Shown: in pieces, positions 1 to 15,000 of the stretch
Layout: each line of letters opens with the position of its first letter
How positions within the stretch are numbered: position 1 is the stretch's first letter
Assembly: GCA_044226015.1 (NCBI GenBank)
Contig: JBGAHS010000007.1
Location: 384,001 to 448,000 of the forward strand
Direction: 5' to 3'
DNA from: Candidatus Obscuribacteraceae bacterium
GTDB taxonomy: Bacteria > Cyanobacteriota > Vampirovibrionia > Obscuribacterales > Obscuribacteraceae
DNA: 64,000 nt
Notes under the pieces: model-generated
Told to the model about the DNA's origin: nothing
Seen by the model: the letters and a program-made list of their open reading frames with translations, nothing else
Database searches by the model: none
Position numbers and translations under genes: made by a program

Positions 1-3000
1 GCTGGTGCAGCTTCATCCGGTGGCTCTGTCTTGCTGCAGGGTAAGGACTGGATCACTTCTGGTAGCGGTGTCCTGAATATCGTTGCTGATGGTTTCGGAA
101 GTGGAAGTGGTGGCTCTGTCGCTTTCGCAACTACATCATCAGGAAGCAATGTCACTGTCGGGTCCCTGGGTGGCACTGTCACCCCCTCTCTAGATATAAG
201 TGCTCACAGTGGAGCATCGGGCGGAAACGGAGGCTCGATCTCTGTCAAAGCTGGTGGCAATTTGACTGTGAACAATGACCCTGCGCATTTTGATGCAAAT
301 CCGAAGGGAACAGATGGAGCTGGGCAGTCTCTGACTTTCATAGCAGGAAACAATGGAAATAGTGGTGACCTGTTTGTTAACACATCGCTTTCGGCAAAGG
401 GTGTTGGAAATGGAAATGGTGGAACCATTCATTTAGAGACAAGCAGCGCTGGGCAGTTCAATATAGGTACAGGTTCCGTATCTCCGGGTGTTAATGGCAC
501 CTTGGATGCTAGTGCGGGTCCGACCTCTGGCAATGGTGGCACAGTCTATGTACAAAATCATGGGGCTGGTGGTCTCAATTTAGGAGCTACAACAAATGTA
601 AATGTGGCAGCTTCCAGTGGACCTGCGGGCGGCAGTGGCGGAAACATAACTCTAGATGCTGGCTCTGGTGCTTTAACGATTCCTCTGAGCGCCGCACCAG
701 GTGGTGCCACTCTTAACGCTGGCGCAACAGGTGGTGGCACCAAGGACGGTGGCAGCATCACTCTGAATGCAAATACAATTACTATGCCTAACACCGGGCA
801 GACTTTGACGCTTGACGTTCATGGTATTGGTGGTGGTAACGCCGGCAAGGTGACCACCACGCAGGGGTCTGGTCCAATCAATTTTGACGGTACGGCGGGC
901 AATTTTAAAATAGATGGTCGCAGCGGCGATGGTGCTGTGATCACAATTACGACTCCAGGAAAGCTTACATATGACCCGTCTGTAAATCCTTATCTTCCAC
1001 TAGATCCTAATGGTGATGGGGCTCGACTGACTCTAACTTCAACAAGTGGAGACTTGTATGTAAATGGATCACTTGATGCTAGCGGTGTAGGCACCGGGTC
1101 CGGTGGCTTGATTTCATTGAGTAGTAATTCTGCCGGCAACACGCCATTCACCATAGCGCCTGGTGCCGTGACGAATGGTGTGAATGGAACATTGAAAGCT
1201 AATGGGGGAACGCTTGGTGGCAATGCTGGAACTATCCAGGTATTCGACCATGCAGCTAATGGCGGTTCTGCCGCCAGCAAGGGTATTATTGTTGGTGATA
1301 CATCTAACATAAGTGCTGTAGGTTTTCAGGGCAATGGTGGCAACATTGTTCTCAAATCGGATAATCGCACTGTTGAGTTTCAATCTACAAAAGGTGGAAC
1401 TTCTCTAGATGCAAGTGCAACCGGGGGCAACTTCAGTGGTGGAAGCATTGACGTTACCGGTACTCGAATTGATTCCAACACTATTAAAGGATTGACTTTT
1501 AACGCGAACGGCAGTGGCACGGGCGCAGGTGGTGCCATTCACCTGACGGCAACTGATTCCACTATCGGAAGCATCACACTTGGAACGGGCAGCGGTGAGG
1601 TTCAGCTGAATGCGAAAAGTGGCACTGGTGCAACCGCTGATGGTGGCTCTATCACAGTCGACGCTGCTGTCGACATAACAGGATCGAGCGCTTCACTCAA
1701 TGTAGATTCACTCGCCACTGCCGATGGAAATGGTGGCGCGATAAGGCTTCACGCAGGGCTGTCCGGTAACGGGCACATACGCATCGCAGGCGATGTATCT
1801 GCAGATGGAAAAGGTAAAGGCAACGGTGGATTGGTTGAAATCAGTTCGCCTTTCAATAACAATTTCACGCTCGGTTCTGCGACTGGTCTCGATTACATTA
1901 CCGGTAAGATCAGTGCCAAAGCTCCTGTGACTGGTACTGGTGGCACAGTAAACATAATAAACACCAGAGCCGGAGCTCCTCTGAACATTGACTTCACTTT
2001 GACAGGGCTTATCGATGCCGGCAGTGCCCAGGGACTCTTCGGAAATGTAGATTTGCTGGTAAACGGCGCTCGCGGCTCTACACCGAACCCAGCTGCTGGC
2101 GAGAGCGTCACTGTGACAAGTGTGGCTGGCGGCGGACAGATTAATGGTTTCATCACCACCTATGGTACCGATGTTGCAATAAAGACAGATGCTCCTAATG
2201 CGCGTGTAGACATCGGAGAAATCAGAACTAACTTCGCTGCAGCTACTGTTGGAACCATCAATATTGATTCATCTAACGGGCAAGGCATCGTTTCAATTGG
2301 TGAAGGTCATAAGCTAATAGCCAAGGACAACGTCAATATAACGACTGAGATATTCATAGATAACACCACGATTTTTCAGTCTCAAAAGAATAATGGGCAA
2401 ATAGTAGTTCAGAGTCCGGCTGGAAGCGACTTGTTTGTCAGGGGCGAAGGATATCTCACCTTGACTGGCACTGGTTCTGGCAACCTCATTAAGTTTGCCG
2501 TGCCTGCAAACAAGACTTTGCACGTTGAAAACAACTTGACTTTGCAGCCAAACGACGATCTGTCGAAGATTCAGTACCTGGCTGGAGCCAATGGTACCGT
2601 GGTTATTCAAGCAGGACGCACGCAGCTTATTAATGACGGTGCTGAAGTTGTCGTCTCTACTACGACCTTTGAACTTGGGTCCGGAAGCTCAATAAAAGCA
2701 AACCCGCCTGGTGGAAGAACTACTAGCATCATTGTAGATACTGGTGCTTCCAACACCGATTTGACCGTCAAGCTTGATGGCAGTGCTAGTCTTGTTGCAG
2801 GTGGTTCTGGAACCCCGACGATTAACATCGGACCCACCGCGACTACAGCCGATGGGCGCAATCTCACCTTCCAGAACAACAGTGGTGGCAGTGCTACGTT
2901 GAGCTTGCTCGGTGGTGATGTGACGACCCATATCACCAGTACAACAGCTAAGGCTGTTGAAACAATAGACAATAAGCTGACCATCACGGCAGATCACAAC

Positions 3001-6000
3001 ATATTGATGACTGCTAACCAGGCTGTTGGTGCTACTCAGATTTCGGAAATTCAAAATAACGGCACCATCAACACTTCACTTGCAGGTGGAAACATCACAG
3101 CGCAGAGCAACGGTGATCTTGCAGTAGATGGCACCAATGGCACCTGGTCTGTCTCCGGTGGCGCTGGAGCGATAAATCTCAAAGCCTCTGTGGGCTCGTT
3201 GACCGGGCACCAACTAAATATTGGTGGTACGCAAACGTATGATCCTGGTGCTGGCGGAACAGTACTTTACGACTCGCCTATTTGCAGTGTGCCGATTGGC
3301 TCTGTGAATATTTCTGGTACTCAGCTTGTAACTAACACGCCTCAGAATGCTACGCTGACTATCAACACAGCGCTGTTGACCTTTGCCTCCGCTACGGCCC
3401 TGACAGTGCAAAATCCAAGCACTGCTGTTGTGGGTTTGAACGTAACTTGTCCTTCGGGCTGTGACCTTACGGTCCAATCGCCGTCTGGTGGAACAGCAAC
3501 TCTTACAACAACAGGTTCTAAGTTTCAAATTGGTCCATCAACGGCAGGCAAGAACCTCAGCTTCACAGATTCAGGAGCTAGTACTGCGAACCTACTTTTC
3601 CGTGGGGGTACTGTCACAACTAACACCAGTGCTGGTGGCACTCAAACAGTCGCAGCAAACGTCAATATCAACGCGAACAATCTCATAACCATGAATGTTG
3701 ATAATGGCACTTTGAGCAACTTCGGCATAATCGGTGCCACAACTGCGGCAAATGCTCCTGGTGCAATAACGGTTCAATCGAGCGTGGGCAATCTCACCAT
3801 AAGCAATCTCGGAACGATAACGGTTAATCCTGCAGGTGTTGGTGCCGGCGCCGGCGGAACTATTCAGATTCTTGATACCCCAGGAACACTTTCTATCGCA
3901 TCGGGTTCACTTGATGCGAGTGCTGTAGGACCCGGGAATTTCGCTGGTGGAACTATCACTGTCACTGCTCAGAACATCGGCATCACTGGTGGCAATTTGA
4001 ACCTCAGTGCTGATGGAAATGGAACCGGCAAGGGCGGCACTGTGAATGTCACTGCTACATCAAACACTGGTGACATCAGTGTTGGCGGAGCAAGTGCAAA
4101 CTTCAACATCGCTGCTCGTGGTGGCGGCGGTGGTGGAAACGGTGGGACCATCAACCTCTCTGCTGGTAGAACCGTCAGTATAAGTAGTACTGGAGGAAGC
4201 AACTTCAATGTTAGCCCTACCGCTGCTAACGGCAGTGGCGGTGATATCAACATTACTGCAAGTACAGCAACCAGCACGGGCGATCTCACGATAGCTGTTG
4301 ACCTTTCCTCAAATGGACTTGGCACTGGAAATGGTGGCAACATTAAGCTGACCAACAACAGTACTGGCTCCATAAACGTTCAGGGCAAGTTACAGGCTGA
4401 TTCTGGTGCTGCTGGTGGACGCGGTGGAACTATCACAGTGCGTAATACTGGAGGAGGTAGCGCGACGAGTGCAATCACTCTCAGCAATACAGTCAGCGCG
4501 ACATCTGTAACCAACAACGGAACTTTCGGAACTATAACTATTGATTCTGCTGGGGCATCTGGCAATGGCATCATTGATATTCAGAGTCCTACGATCACCG
4601 CAGACAATGTGGGAACTGGTGGTGGAAGTGCAAGAGGCGGTGCTGTAAGCATTACAGGGCGAAATATTACCCTATCTGCTGGAAGCGCACACTCGATTAC
4701 AGCAGATGGACCTACAAGTGGTAGTGGAAGTGGTGGTCAGGTTACTCTGAACACTTCTTCTAACCCAGCCTCTGATATCACTTTGACTTCTGGACTAGGC
4801 GGACTGACCATGTCGGCCCACAGTGGTAGCACTGGCGGCAACGGTGGCACTGTCACGGTGACAGCTGGTCGAAATGTCAGCCTCGCGTCAACAGGAGTTG
4901 TCGATGCTGGCGTAGTCAGTGGTACTGGAAATGGTGGCAGTATTCTCATTACCGGTAGTGCGGGCGCTGGTTCCAATGGTGTCGTCACAATTCAACCTAC
5001 GCTCACTGTGAATGGCAGTGGTGGAGGTTCGGGTGGAACTATCAAGGTCATCAACAATAGCAATGCTCCTGGTGCAATTGTCATCAACGGTGGCACAGAT
5101 TCTCTACTTGCAAATGGTGGAACTGGAGGAACTATCCTCGTTCAGAACAATGGACAAGGGGGAACCAATGGTGGCATTTCCATACAAGGTAATGTAAGCG
5201 CTACGAGTTCTGTCAGTGGCAACCCGGCGTCAAATACCATCACGATAGATGCAAGTGGAAATGGCGGCGGACCGGTGTCCTTTAGCACTGGCTCAGTGAA
5301 AGCTGACGTGCTTGCTGGCGGAAATGGAACTGGTGGAACCATTCTGATACAAGGTTCTGCTTTCACGCTGGGTGGAACTGCCGGAGCAATAAGCTCAAAT
5401 GGTGCAGGAATCGGTGATGGTGGCAAAATCACGATCAAAGCCTCTGGAGCAATTGCTGATGTGAACATAGGTGCTGGAGGTGGGGCGTTCGCCGTAACAG
5501 CCAATGCTACAGGTACTGGTTCTGGAGGCAGTATTAGTGTAACTGCGGGCAATGATATTAATATTTCTCCTACAGCGATTTTGCAGGCCAACGCCAAAAC
5601 GACTGGTAAAGGCGGTAGCATCTCCTTAACTGCTTCAAGTAGTTCTACAAACGGAGTCATAAACGATCTCGCCCCAATATCAGCAAATGGTGCTGGAGTT
5701 GGAAACGGTGGCTCTGTGACAATGGTTAATAACAGCAGTGCTGCCGACGCCATCTATATAGACCAAGCGATCAGTGTAGATGCTGGTGTGACAGGTAGTG
5801 GTGGCACCATTTCGCTCACTAACGCTGGTGTGGCTGGTGGCAATGGTGGAATCCATTTGGCTACGAAAGCTAATCTATCTGCCAAGAGCAGCAATGCAAA
5901 TGCTTCAGTTGCAACTAGTATCACAATTGATGGTAAAGGTAGCGGGTTAAATCCAAATGGTGTGATTAGTCTGGACAACGACAGCATCTCTGTTGCTGGT

Positions 6001-9000
6001 ACTGGAGCCAGTGGTAGTGGGGGCAATGTGCTTGTGCGCGGTGAGGGCATCAGCCTGACTGGAGTCGTCGTTAAACAAATAGATGCTAGTGCTGCCCCCG
6101 GAAGTGCCGGTGGAACGATCACCTTTACGAGCTTGGGAGCGTCCAATGATGTCAGTCTAAGTGCCGGACCTGGCCTGGTACTACGCGCTCAGGGTGGTTC
6201 TGGGTCTGGTGGCAATGGCGGTAGTGTCATCGTTGACTCAGGCAAGTCTATTTCCTTACCCAGCCCCGCAACGCAAATACTAGTGAATCCTCAAGGTACA
6301 AACGGTAATGGCGGAAACATTACTCTCCGCGCTGGAAACGCTGCTGCGGGTGACCTTATTGTCGGGGGAACAGTGAATGCTGATGGCGCTGGTTCCGGAA
6401 AAGGTGGCAATATAGTTGCTTCCCTCGGAACTGCTGGAAGCGGACTTTTCCAAATTAATGGAAATGTCAGTGCAAACGGTGGTTCTACCGGAAATGGTGG
6501 AACTATTTCACTAACATACAATGATCCGACCAATCCTCTGCATACAGGTAGTTCTCCAGCAACTGAGAGTTTCGTAAGCGGAACAATCTCTGCTAATGGT
6601 GGAGCATCAGCTGCAACTACAGGTGGTGACATCACTGTCGCAACCAACGCCAATGCGACCCTCAACGTTGATCTCGGCAATGTCATACAAGCTGCAAAAG
6701 GTCCGGGCGGCACTCTCGGAACGCTAACTTTCGACAAGGCGGGACAGGCAGTAAATGTGGTAGGAAGCTCACAACTTATTGGCCAGGTTCTGTCCCACGG
6801 TAAGTCCATCAATATAGATACAGGAGCTGCAAACTGTGTAATAACTGTTCGCGACATCGTGTCGACCTCTGGGGATGTTTCGCTCAAGGTGCCATGTCCT
6901 ACTGGTACTATCGAAATCGGGCCAAATACAACTTCTGCAACCCCACTTGTTCAAGCCCAGGGTGGTGTTGTTAACACATTTGGTGAATTCTTGACCATGT
7001 CTGGGGCAGGTAAAATAACGGCTAATCTAGCTGGTGGTACTTCGAACATTCGTGCCAACACCATTTCAATGGCTGGCAGCAGTGTAATCGAATCTACCGG
7101 TGCTAATTCAACCTTGAATGTGCAGGCTTGCTGTACTTCTAATCTAACTGTTAATTTTGCTACTGGTTCTCCAACCATTAGAAATACAGGCACCGGCAAT
7201 AGCGATGTCAATTTTAACTCGCTGGTTAATGGACCTGTGACAATCAATAGCCCCGGCGTGGGCACAATTTCCGCGACTCGAAATGTTTCATTCAATGGTG
7301 GAAATGGTTCGGGTGATGTTCTGGTAAGCATAGCGCAGGTGAGTGGTACCATAACTGGTACTGGACACGCGTTCTCTGTGACGACCACTACCGGCAACCT
7401 CACAGCAAATGGCATCACCACCAGTACTGGTGGCTCCAACATTTTATTGAACGCTAGTGGCGGTGCCGTAAGCGCTAGCAATGTTGCTGGGGAAGGCGAT
7501 ATAACTCTTACGGGCGGAAACGGTGGCGTTACAGCTAATACCATTTCTACTAATAACGGTAAATTCACCGCTACGGCCAACAAGACTGGCAATATCGTTG
7601 CAACCGACGTAAGTTCTTCCAACACATTGACACTTCAAAATAATGTTACGAACGGAACGATTACAAGCAACGGTAAGGTTCAATCATCCGGTGCCGCGGT
7701 CGTAATCAACACAACGGGAAATACTGGTTCTTATCAGAACAATGGTTCTGTCAGCGGTACCAGTGTCACAGTCACATCACCACAGTCGACACTTGCTGCA
7801 TCTGCTTCAATTACCGGAACTACCGGGTCGGTGAACTTCGACAGCAATTCATCTACGCTGGGTCTGACAGTGAATCTCGGAATCAATTCTTCCGCTACTG
7901 CCTTCTCTGGCAGCTCTGTTAACTTCAACAAGAACACCACTGGTGGACCGATAACGGTAAGCGGTCAAGGTGATCTGAGTGCTGGAGCCAAGGGCTCGGT
8001 CGGGGTGAATGGCGGCGCAGGAGCCGTTAGTATCGATGTGCGATCGATCGACTGTTGCGTCATAGGTCTGGGCGTCGCGACTGGTCCTGTCGGGGCTCAA
8101 GCTCCACTCGGTGGAGCCAGTGTAGCGGTCAAAGTAAGTTCTGGTAATGTACAGGTCGGGCCGATTGCAGCCTCTACCGGAGCGCTTTCGGCGGTGACCA
8201 CAGATGCCAATGGAAATGCCGTTGCTTGTGACAATCTGTTTGCCGGTGGAGCTGTGACGCTCACCTCAGGAAATAACGGATTCACGAGTGTGCCATCAGG
8301 CAAAACTGTGACTGGTGGTTCCGTACAAATCAACACGCCTGACCTGAAAGTTGATGGCAACATAAATTCAACAACGGGCAATGTTGCAGTTGATAGCAAC
8401 AAAGCTGGCGGTGCCTTAATCGTTGAAATGGGCAAGGGATCCAAGATAAGCGCGGCTAACAACCAGGGCATCAATTTCAATGGTGGCGTCGCCGGTGGAG
8501 GATCCATCTCTGTGACGGGTGCTGGTGACCTGAGTGCACCTGGTGCCAATGGACATGTAGGCGTAAATGGTGGCGCTAATGATGTCACCATCAATGTCAA
8601 CTCAGTCGACTGCTGCGTGATTGGTTTAGGGGCTTCAACAGGACCTATCGGTCAGCAAGCTCCTCTCGGCGGTGCTAACGTGTCCCTGACGGTAGCTACC
8701 GGTGATGCGAAGATCGGTGCTCTTGCAGCTAGTGGTAACGTAGATGTACTGACAAACTCGACCACAGGCAAAGCTGTAATCTGCGATAACGTTGTTGCTA
8801 CCGGTAAGCTGACAATGACTTCAGGTAATGCTGGCTCTACTGACATTACGGCTAACAAGTTCGTGAACGCTGGTTCTGTCCAAATCAATACACCAACTTT
8901 GAATGTGAATGGAACAGCTCAAATCAACTCAACTGTTGGAACCATCAATATAGATAGTAATGCTCCGGGAGCAAATCCCGCGGCACTGACAGTTAACCTT

Positions 9001-12000
9001 GGAAGTGGTTCTTCGATTAATGCGAAAACAGGACAGAGCGTCAACTTCAATGGTGGTGTCTCCGGTGGTGGTCAGATAACAGTCACTGGTCAAGGCAGCA
9101 TCACTGCCGGAGCTACTGGCCATGTTGGCGTAAATGGTGGTGACGATGCTGTCAGCATCAACGTCAAAGCTATTGACTGCTGCGTAATCGGTCTTGGTGC
9201 AACTTTGATCGGTCCGGTTGGTCAACAAGGTCCACTCGGCGGTAATTCAGTCGACATCACGGTGTCTAGTGGTAATGTTCAGGTAGGACCACTAGCCTCC
9301 AACACTACATTGAATGCGACTACTACCGACGCAAACGGCAAAGCTGTTGTTTGCGACAATATAGCTGCGAATGGCAAGATTACATTAACTTCGGGATCCA
9401 ATAGCTCAACGGATATTACTGCCAATAAGTTCGTCAACGGTTCCACCGTTCAGATCAATACACCGACATTGAATGTGAATGGAACTGCACAGATCAATGG
9501 CACCAGCGGTGGCGTAAATGTTGATAGCAATGCGGCTAGTAAGGCGTTGACCGTCAACATGGGTACTGACTCGCAGATTAAAGGTGCAAGCGGAACCTTT
9601 GTTGAATTCAATAAGAATGTTGCTGGTGGCGGAGCCATCACAGTGTCTGGACAAGGGAATCTATTGGCTGGTTCGAGCGGACACATCGGTGTTAACGGCG
9701 GCACTGGTGCTGTGAGCATCAATGTCAAATCGATTGATTGCTGTGTGATTGGTCTCGGTGCTGCGACAGGTCCAGTGGGAGCCCAAGCTCCTCTTGGTGG
9801 AGCAAGCGTCGCTGTGCAGGTAAGCAGCGGCAATGTTCAAGTCGGACCAATCGCTGCTGCAACTGGTGCTTTGTCTGCAGTAACAACCGATGCCAATGCG
9901 AATGCAATTGTTTGCGACAACTTATTTGCTGGTGGAGCGGTCACGCTGACATCAGGAAACAACGGATTCACAAGCGTGCCGTCGGGCAAGACAGTTACCG
10001 GTGGTTCTGTCCAAATCAACACGCCTGACCTGAAAGTTGATGGCAACATAAATTCAACAACGGGCAATGTTGCAGTTGATAGCAACAAAGCTGGCGGTGT
10101 CTTAATCGTTGAAATGGGCAAGGGATCCAAGATAAGCGCGGCTAACAACCAGGGCATCAATTTCAATGGTGGCGTTGCTGGTGGAGGATCCATCTCTGTG
10201 ACGGGTGCTGGTGACCTGAGTGCACCTGGTGCCAATGGACATGTAGGCGTAAATGGTGGCGCTAATGATGTCACCATCAATGTCAACTCAGTCGACTGCT
10301 GCGTGATTGGTTTAGGGGCTTCAACAGGACCTATCGGTCAGCAAGCTCCTCTCGGCGGTGCTAACGTGTCCCTGACGGTAGCTACCGGTGATGCGAAGAT
10401 CGGTGCTCTTGCAGCTAGTGGTAACGTAGATGTACTGACAAACTCGACCACAGGCAAAGCTGTAATCTGCGATAACGTTGTTGCTACCGGTAAGCTGACA
10501 ATGACTTCAGGTAATGCTGGCTCTACTGACATTACGGCTAACAAGTTCGTGAACGCTGGTTCTGTCCAAATCAATACACCAACTTTGAATGTGAATGGAA
10601 CAGCTCAAATCAACTCAAGTGTTGGAACGATCAATATAGATAGTAATGCTCCGGGAGCCAATCCCGCTGCCTTAACAGTGAACCTTGGAACTGGCTCATC
10701 GATTAACGCCAAAGCCGGTCAGAGCGTTAACTTTAATGGTGGCGTTTCTGGCGGCGGGCAGATCACCGTCTCTGGTCAGGGCAGCATCACTGCTGGCGCT
10801 GGCGGACTTGTCGGTGTCAACGGTGGTGACGATGCCGTAAGCATCAATGTGAGAGCAATTGATTGTTGCGTAGTTGGTCTGGGTGCAACATTGCTTGGAC
10901 CGGTAGGTCAGCAAGCACCACTCGGCGGAAGTTCTGTCGACATAAGCGTATCGAATGGAAATGTTCAGGTAGGACCACTGGCATCTAGTACTACGCTAAA
11001 TGCGACCACAACCGAAGCAAACGGCAAAGCGGTAGTTTGTGACAACATAGCTGCAACTGGCAAGATTACTTTGACTTCAGGCTCCAGTGGATCCTCAGAT
11101 ATAACTGCCAACAAGTTCGTCAATGGATCCACCGTTCAAATCAATACACCAACATTGAATTTGAACGGAACTGCGCAAATCAATGGCACCACTGGTGGTG
11201 TGAATGTTGACAGTAATGCCGCTAGTAAGGCTCTAAGCATCAACATGGGCACCGACTCACAGATAAAGGGTGCAAGTGGCACCTTCGTTGAATTCAACAA
11301 GAATGTTGCCGGTGGCGGAGCCATCACAGTAACTGGACAAGGACATCTCTTGGCTGGTTCAGGCGGACATATTGGCGTCAATGGTGGCACTGGTGCCGTC
11401 AGCATCAATGTGAAATCAATTGACTGCTGTGTGATCGGTCTCGGCGCTGCGACGGGTCCCGTGGGTGCTCAAGCGCCTCTCGGTGGAGCTAGTGTCGCTG
11501 TCCAGGTGAGCAGCGGTAATGTTCAAGTCGGACCAATCGCTGCTGCAACTGGTGCTTTGTCTGCAGTAACAACCGATGCCAATGCGAATGCAATTGTTTG
11601 CGATAACCTGGTTGCTGGTGGAGCGGTCACGCTGACATCAGGAAACAACGGATTCACAAGCGTGCCGTCGGGCAAGACAGTTACCGGTGGTTCTGTCCAA
11701 ATCAACACGCCTGACCTGAAAGTGGATGGCAATATCAACTCGACGACCGGAAATATTGCAGTTGATAGTAATAAAGCTGGTGGTGCATTAGTCGTAGAGA
11801 TGGGCAAGGGATCCAAGATAACCGCGGCTAACAACCAGGGCATCAATTTCAATGGTGGTGTAGCTGGTGGCGGATCCATCTCTGTGACGGGTGCTGGTGA
11901 CCTGAGTGCACCTGGTGCCAATGGACATGTAGGCGTAAATGGTGGCGCTAATGATGTCACCATCAATGTCAACTCAGTTGACTGCTGCGTGATTGGTCTG

Positions 12001-15000
12001 GGAGCGGCGACAGGACCTGTCGGTCAGCAAGCTCCACTGGGCGGAAAGAATGTTTCTTTGACGGTCGCAACGGGCGATGCGAAGCTTGGTGCGCTTGCAG
12101 CAAGTGGCAACATTGATATATTGACCAACTCGACTACAGGTAAAGCTGTGGTCTGCGACAACGTTGTTGCAAGCGGCAAGTTGACAATGACCTCGGGGAA
12201 CGCTGGTTCGACTGACATCACAGCGAATAAATTCGTTAATGCTGGTTCCGTTCAAATCAATACACCAACATTGAATGTTAACGGAACCGCGCAAATCAAC
12301 TCAACTGTTGGAACCATCAATATAGATAGCAATGCTCCGGGAGCAAATCCTGCAGCATTGACAGTTAACCTTGGAACTGGCTCATCCATCAATGCAAACC
12401 CCGGTCAGAGCGTTAACCTTAATGGTGGTGTTTCTGGCGGTGGGCAGATCACTGTCACTGGTCAGGGCAGCATCACTGCTGGCGCTGGCGGACATGTCGG
12501 TGTTAATGGCGGTGACGATGCCGTAAGCATTAACGTGAGAGCAATTGATTGTTGTGTAATTGGTCTGGGTGCAACATTGCTTGGACCGGTTGGTCAGCAA
12601 GCTCCACTCGGCGGAAGTTCTGTCGACATAACCGTATCGAATGGAAATGTTCAGGTAGGACCACTGGCATCTAGTACTACGCTAAATGCGACCACCACCG
12701 ATGCTAATGGCAAGGCAGTTGTTTGCGACAACATAGCTGCAACTGGCAAGATTACTTTGACTTCCGGCTCCAATGGAGCAACAGACATTACTGCCAACAA
12801 GTTCGTCAATGGATCCACCGTTCAAATCAATACACCAACATTGAATTTGAACGGAACTGCGCAAATCAATGGCACCACCGGTGGTGTGAATGTTGACAGT
12901 AATTCCGCTAGCAAGGCTCTAAGCGTCAACATGGGCACAGACTCACAGATCAAGGGTGCTAGCGGAACCTTTGTTGAATTCAACAAGAACGTGGCTGGTG
13001 GCGGAGCAATCACAGTAACTGGTCAAGGCAATTTGAGTGCCGGTAGCAGCGGGCACATTGGCGTCAATGGTGGCGCTGGTGCTGTCAGCATCGATGTGAA
13101 GTCGATTGATTGCTGTGTGATCGGTCTGGGCGCCGCTACGGGACCAGTCGGAGCTCAAGCTCCTCTCGGCGGAGCCAGTGTCGCAGTCCAAGTAAGCAGT
13201 GGCAATGTCCAAGTTGGACCGATTGCTGCGACAGGCGCACTTACTGCTACAACGACTGATGCAAACGGCAACGCGGTCGCATGCGACAACCTGGTCGCTG
13301 GAGGCACATTGACCATGACCTCCGGCAACAACGGCTCTCTGAGCGTACCTCTAGGCAAGACTTTGACCGGTGGCTCCATACAACTGACCACTCCGAACCT
13401 CAAGGTTGATGGAAGCATAATTTCCACTGTTGGTAACGTAAATGTTGACAGTAATAAGGCTGGTGGAACACTCATCGTAAACATGGGCACTGGCTCCAAG
13501 ATAACCGCAGCTAACAATCAAGGCATTAACTTCAATGGCAATGTCCCTGGCGGTGGTGCGATCAGCGTGACGGGCGGAGGTGACCTCAGCGCACCTGGTC
13601 CGAATGGTCACGTCGGGGTCAATGGTGGCGCTAATGATGTCACTATCAACGTCAATTCAGTTGACTGCTGTGTGATCGGTCTGGGAGCAGCAACAGGACC
13701 TGTCGGTCAGCAAGCTCCATTGGGCGGAAAAAATGTATCACTTACGGTCGCAGCCGGTGACGCAAAAATTGGTGCGCTTGCGGCAAGCGGAAATATTGAT
13801 GTCTTAACCAATTCAAGCACTGGCAAAGCCGTCGTGTGTGACAATGTTGTTGCTGCTGGCAATCTCACGATGACATCCGGTAACGCTGGTTCTACTGATA
13901 TCACTGCTAACAAGTTTGTGAATGCTGCTTCTGTTCAGATCAACACTCCAACATTGAATGTGAACGGAACCGCCCAGATCAACTCCACCGTCGGTGCCAT
14001 CAACATAGATAGCAATGCCCCGGGTGCGAATCCGTCTGCACTCACAGTCAATCTCGGCACTGGTTCATCCATTAATGCTAATCCTGGACAGAGCGTCAAC
14101 TTCAATGGAGGCGTTAAGGGCGGTGGTCAGATCACTGTCACTGGTCAAGGCAGCATAACTGCTGGAGCTGGTGGACACGTCGGAGTGAACGGTGGCGACG
14201 ATGCTGTGAGCATAAACGTAAGAGCCATTGATTGTTGCGTGATCGGCTTAGGTACCACGATGCTTGGACCTGTCGGTCAGCAGGCTCCGCTCGGAGGAAG
14301 TTCGGTAGACGTAACTGTATCCAGTGGTAATGTTCAGGTCGGACCACTAGCATCAAGTGGCGTTTTGAATGCCACCACTACAGATACAAATGGTAAAGCA
14401 GTTGTTTGCGATAACATCGCCGCAAATGGCAGCATTACGTTGACCTCTGGTTCGAACGGCTCTACAGACATTAGCGCCGACAAGTTTGTTAACGGTTCCA
14501 CTATTCAAATCAATACTCCGACCCTGAATGTCAACGGTAAGGCGCAAATCAATGCAAGCTCTGGTGGAGTGAATGTTGACAGCAACTCTGTTGGAGGCGC
14601 TCTAACTGTCAACCTTGGCACTGACTCTCAGATCAAGGGTGCTAGCGGAACCTTTGTTGAATTCAATAAGAACGTCCCAGCAGGTGGTGCAATCACTATA
14701 GCTGGTCAGGGCAATCTGAGTGCTGGTTCGACCGGGCACATAGGCGTCAATGGTGGCGCTGGTGCTGTGAGCATCAATGTCAAATCGATTGATTGCTGTG
14801 TGATCGGTCTCGGCGCTGCGACAGGTCCAGTGGGAGCACAAGCTCCTCTCGGTGGAGCAAGCGTCGCTGTCCAGGTAAGCAGCGGCAATGTTCAAATCGG
14901 ATCAATCGCAGCTGCGACAGGTGCACTATCCGCAGTCACAACTGATGCAAATGCGAATGCAATTGTATGCGACAACTTATTCGCTGGTGGAGCTGTGACG

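Noticed and set aside
5950..5961. NPNG tetrapeptide suggesting a TPS secretion domain
   Set aside because: It lies about 2,000 aa or more inside the protein and lacks the surrounding TPS-domain context.
1..7000. Possible RTX/T1SS Ca-binding repeats
   Set aside because: The Gly-rich repeats are GxGG[TSN]I-type and not tandem GGxGxDxLx nonapeptides. No T1SS genes are in the window.
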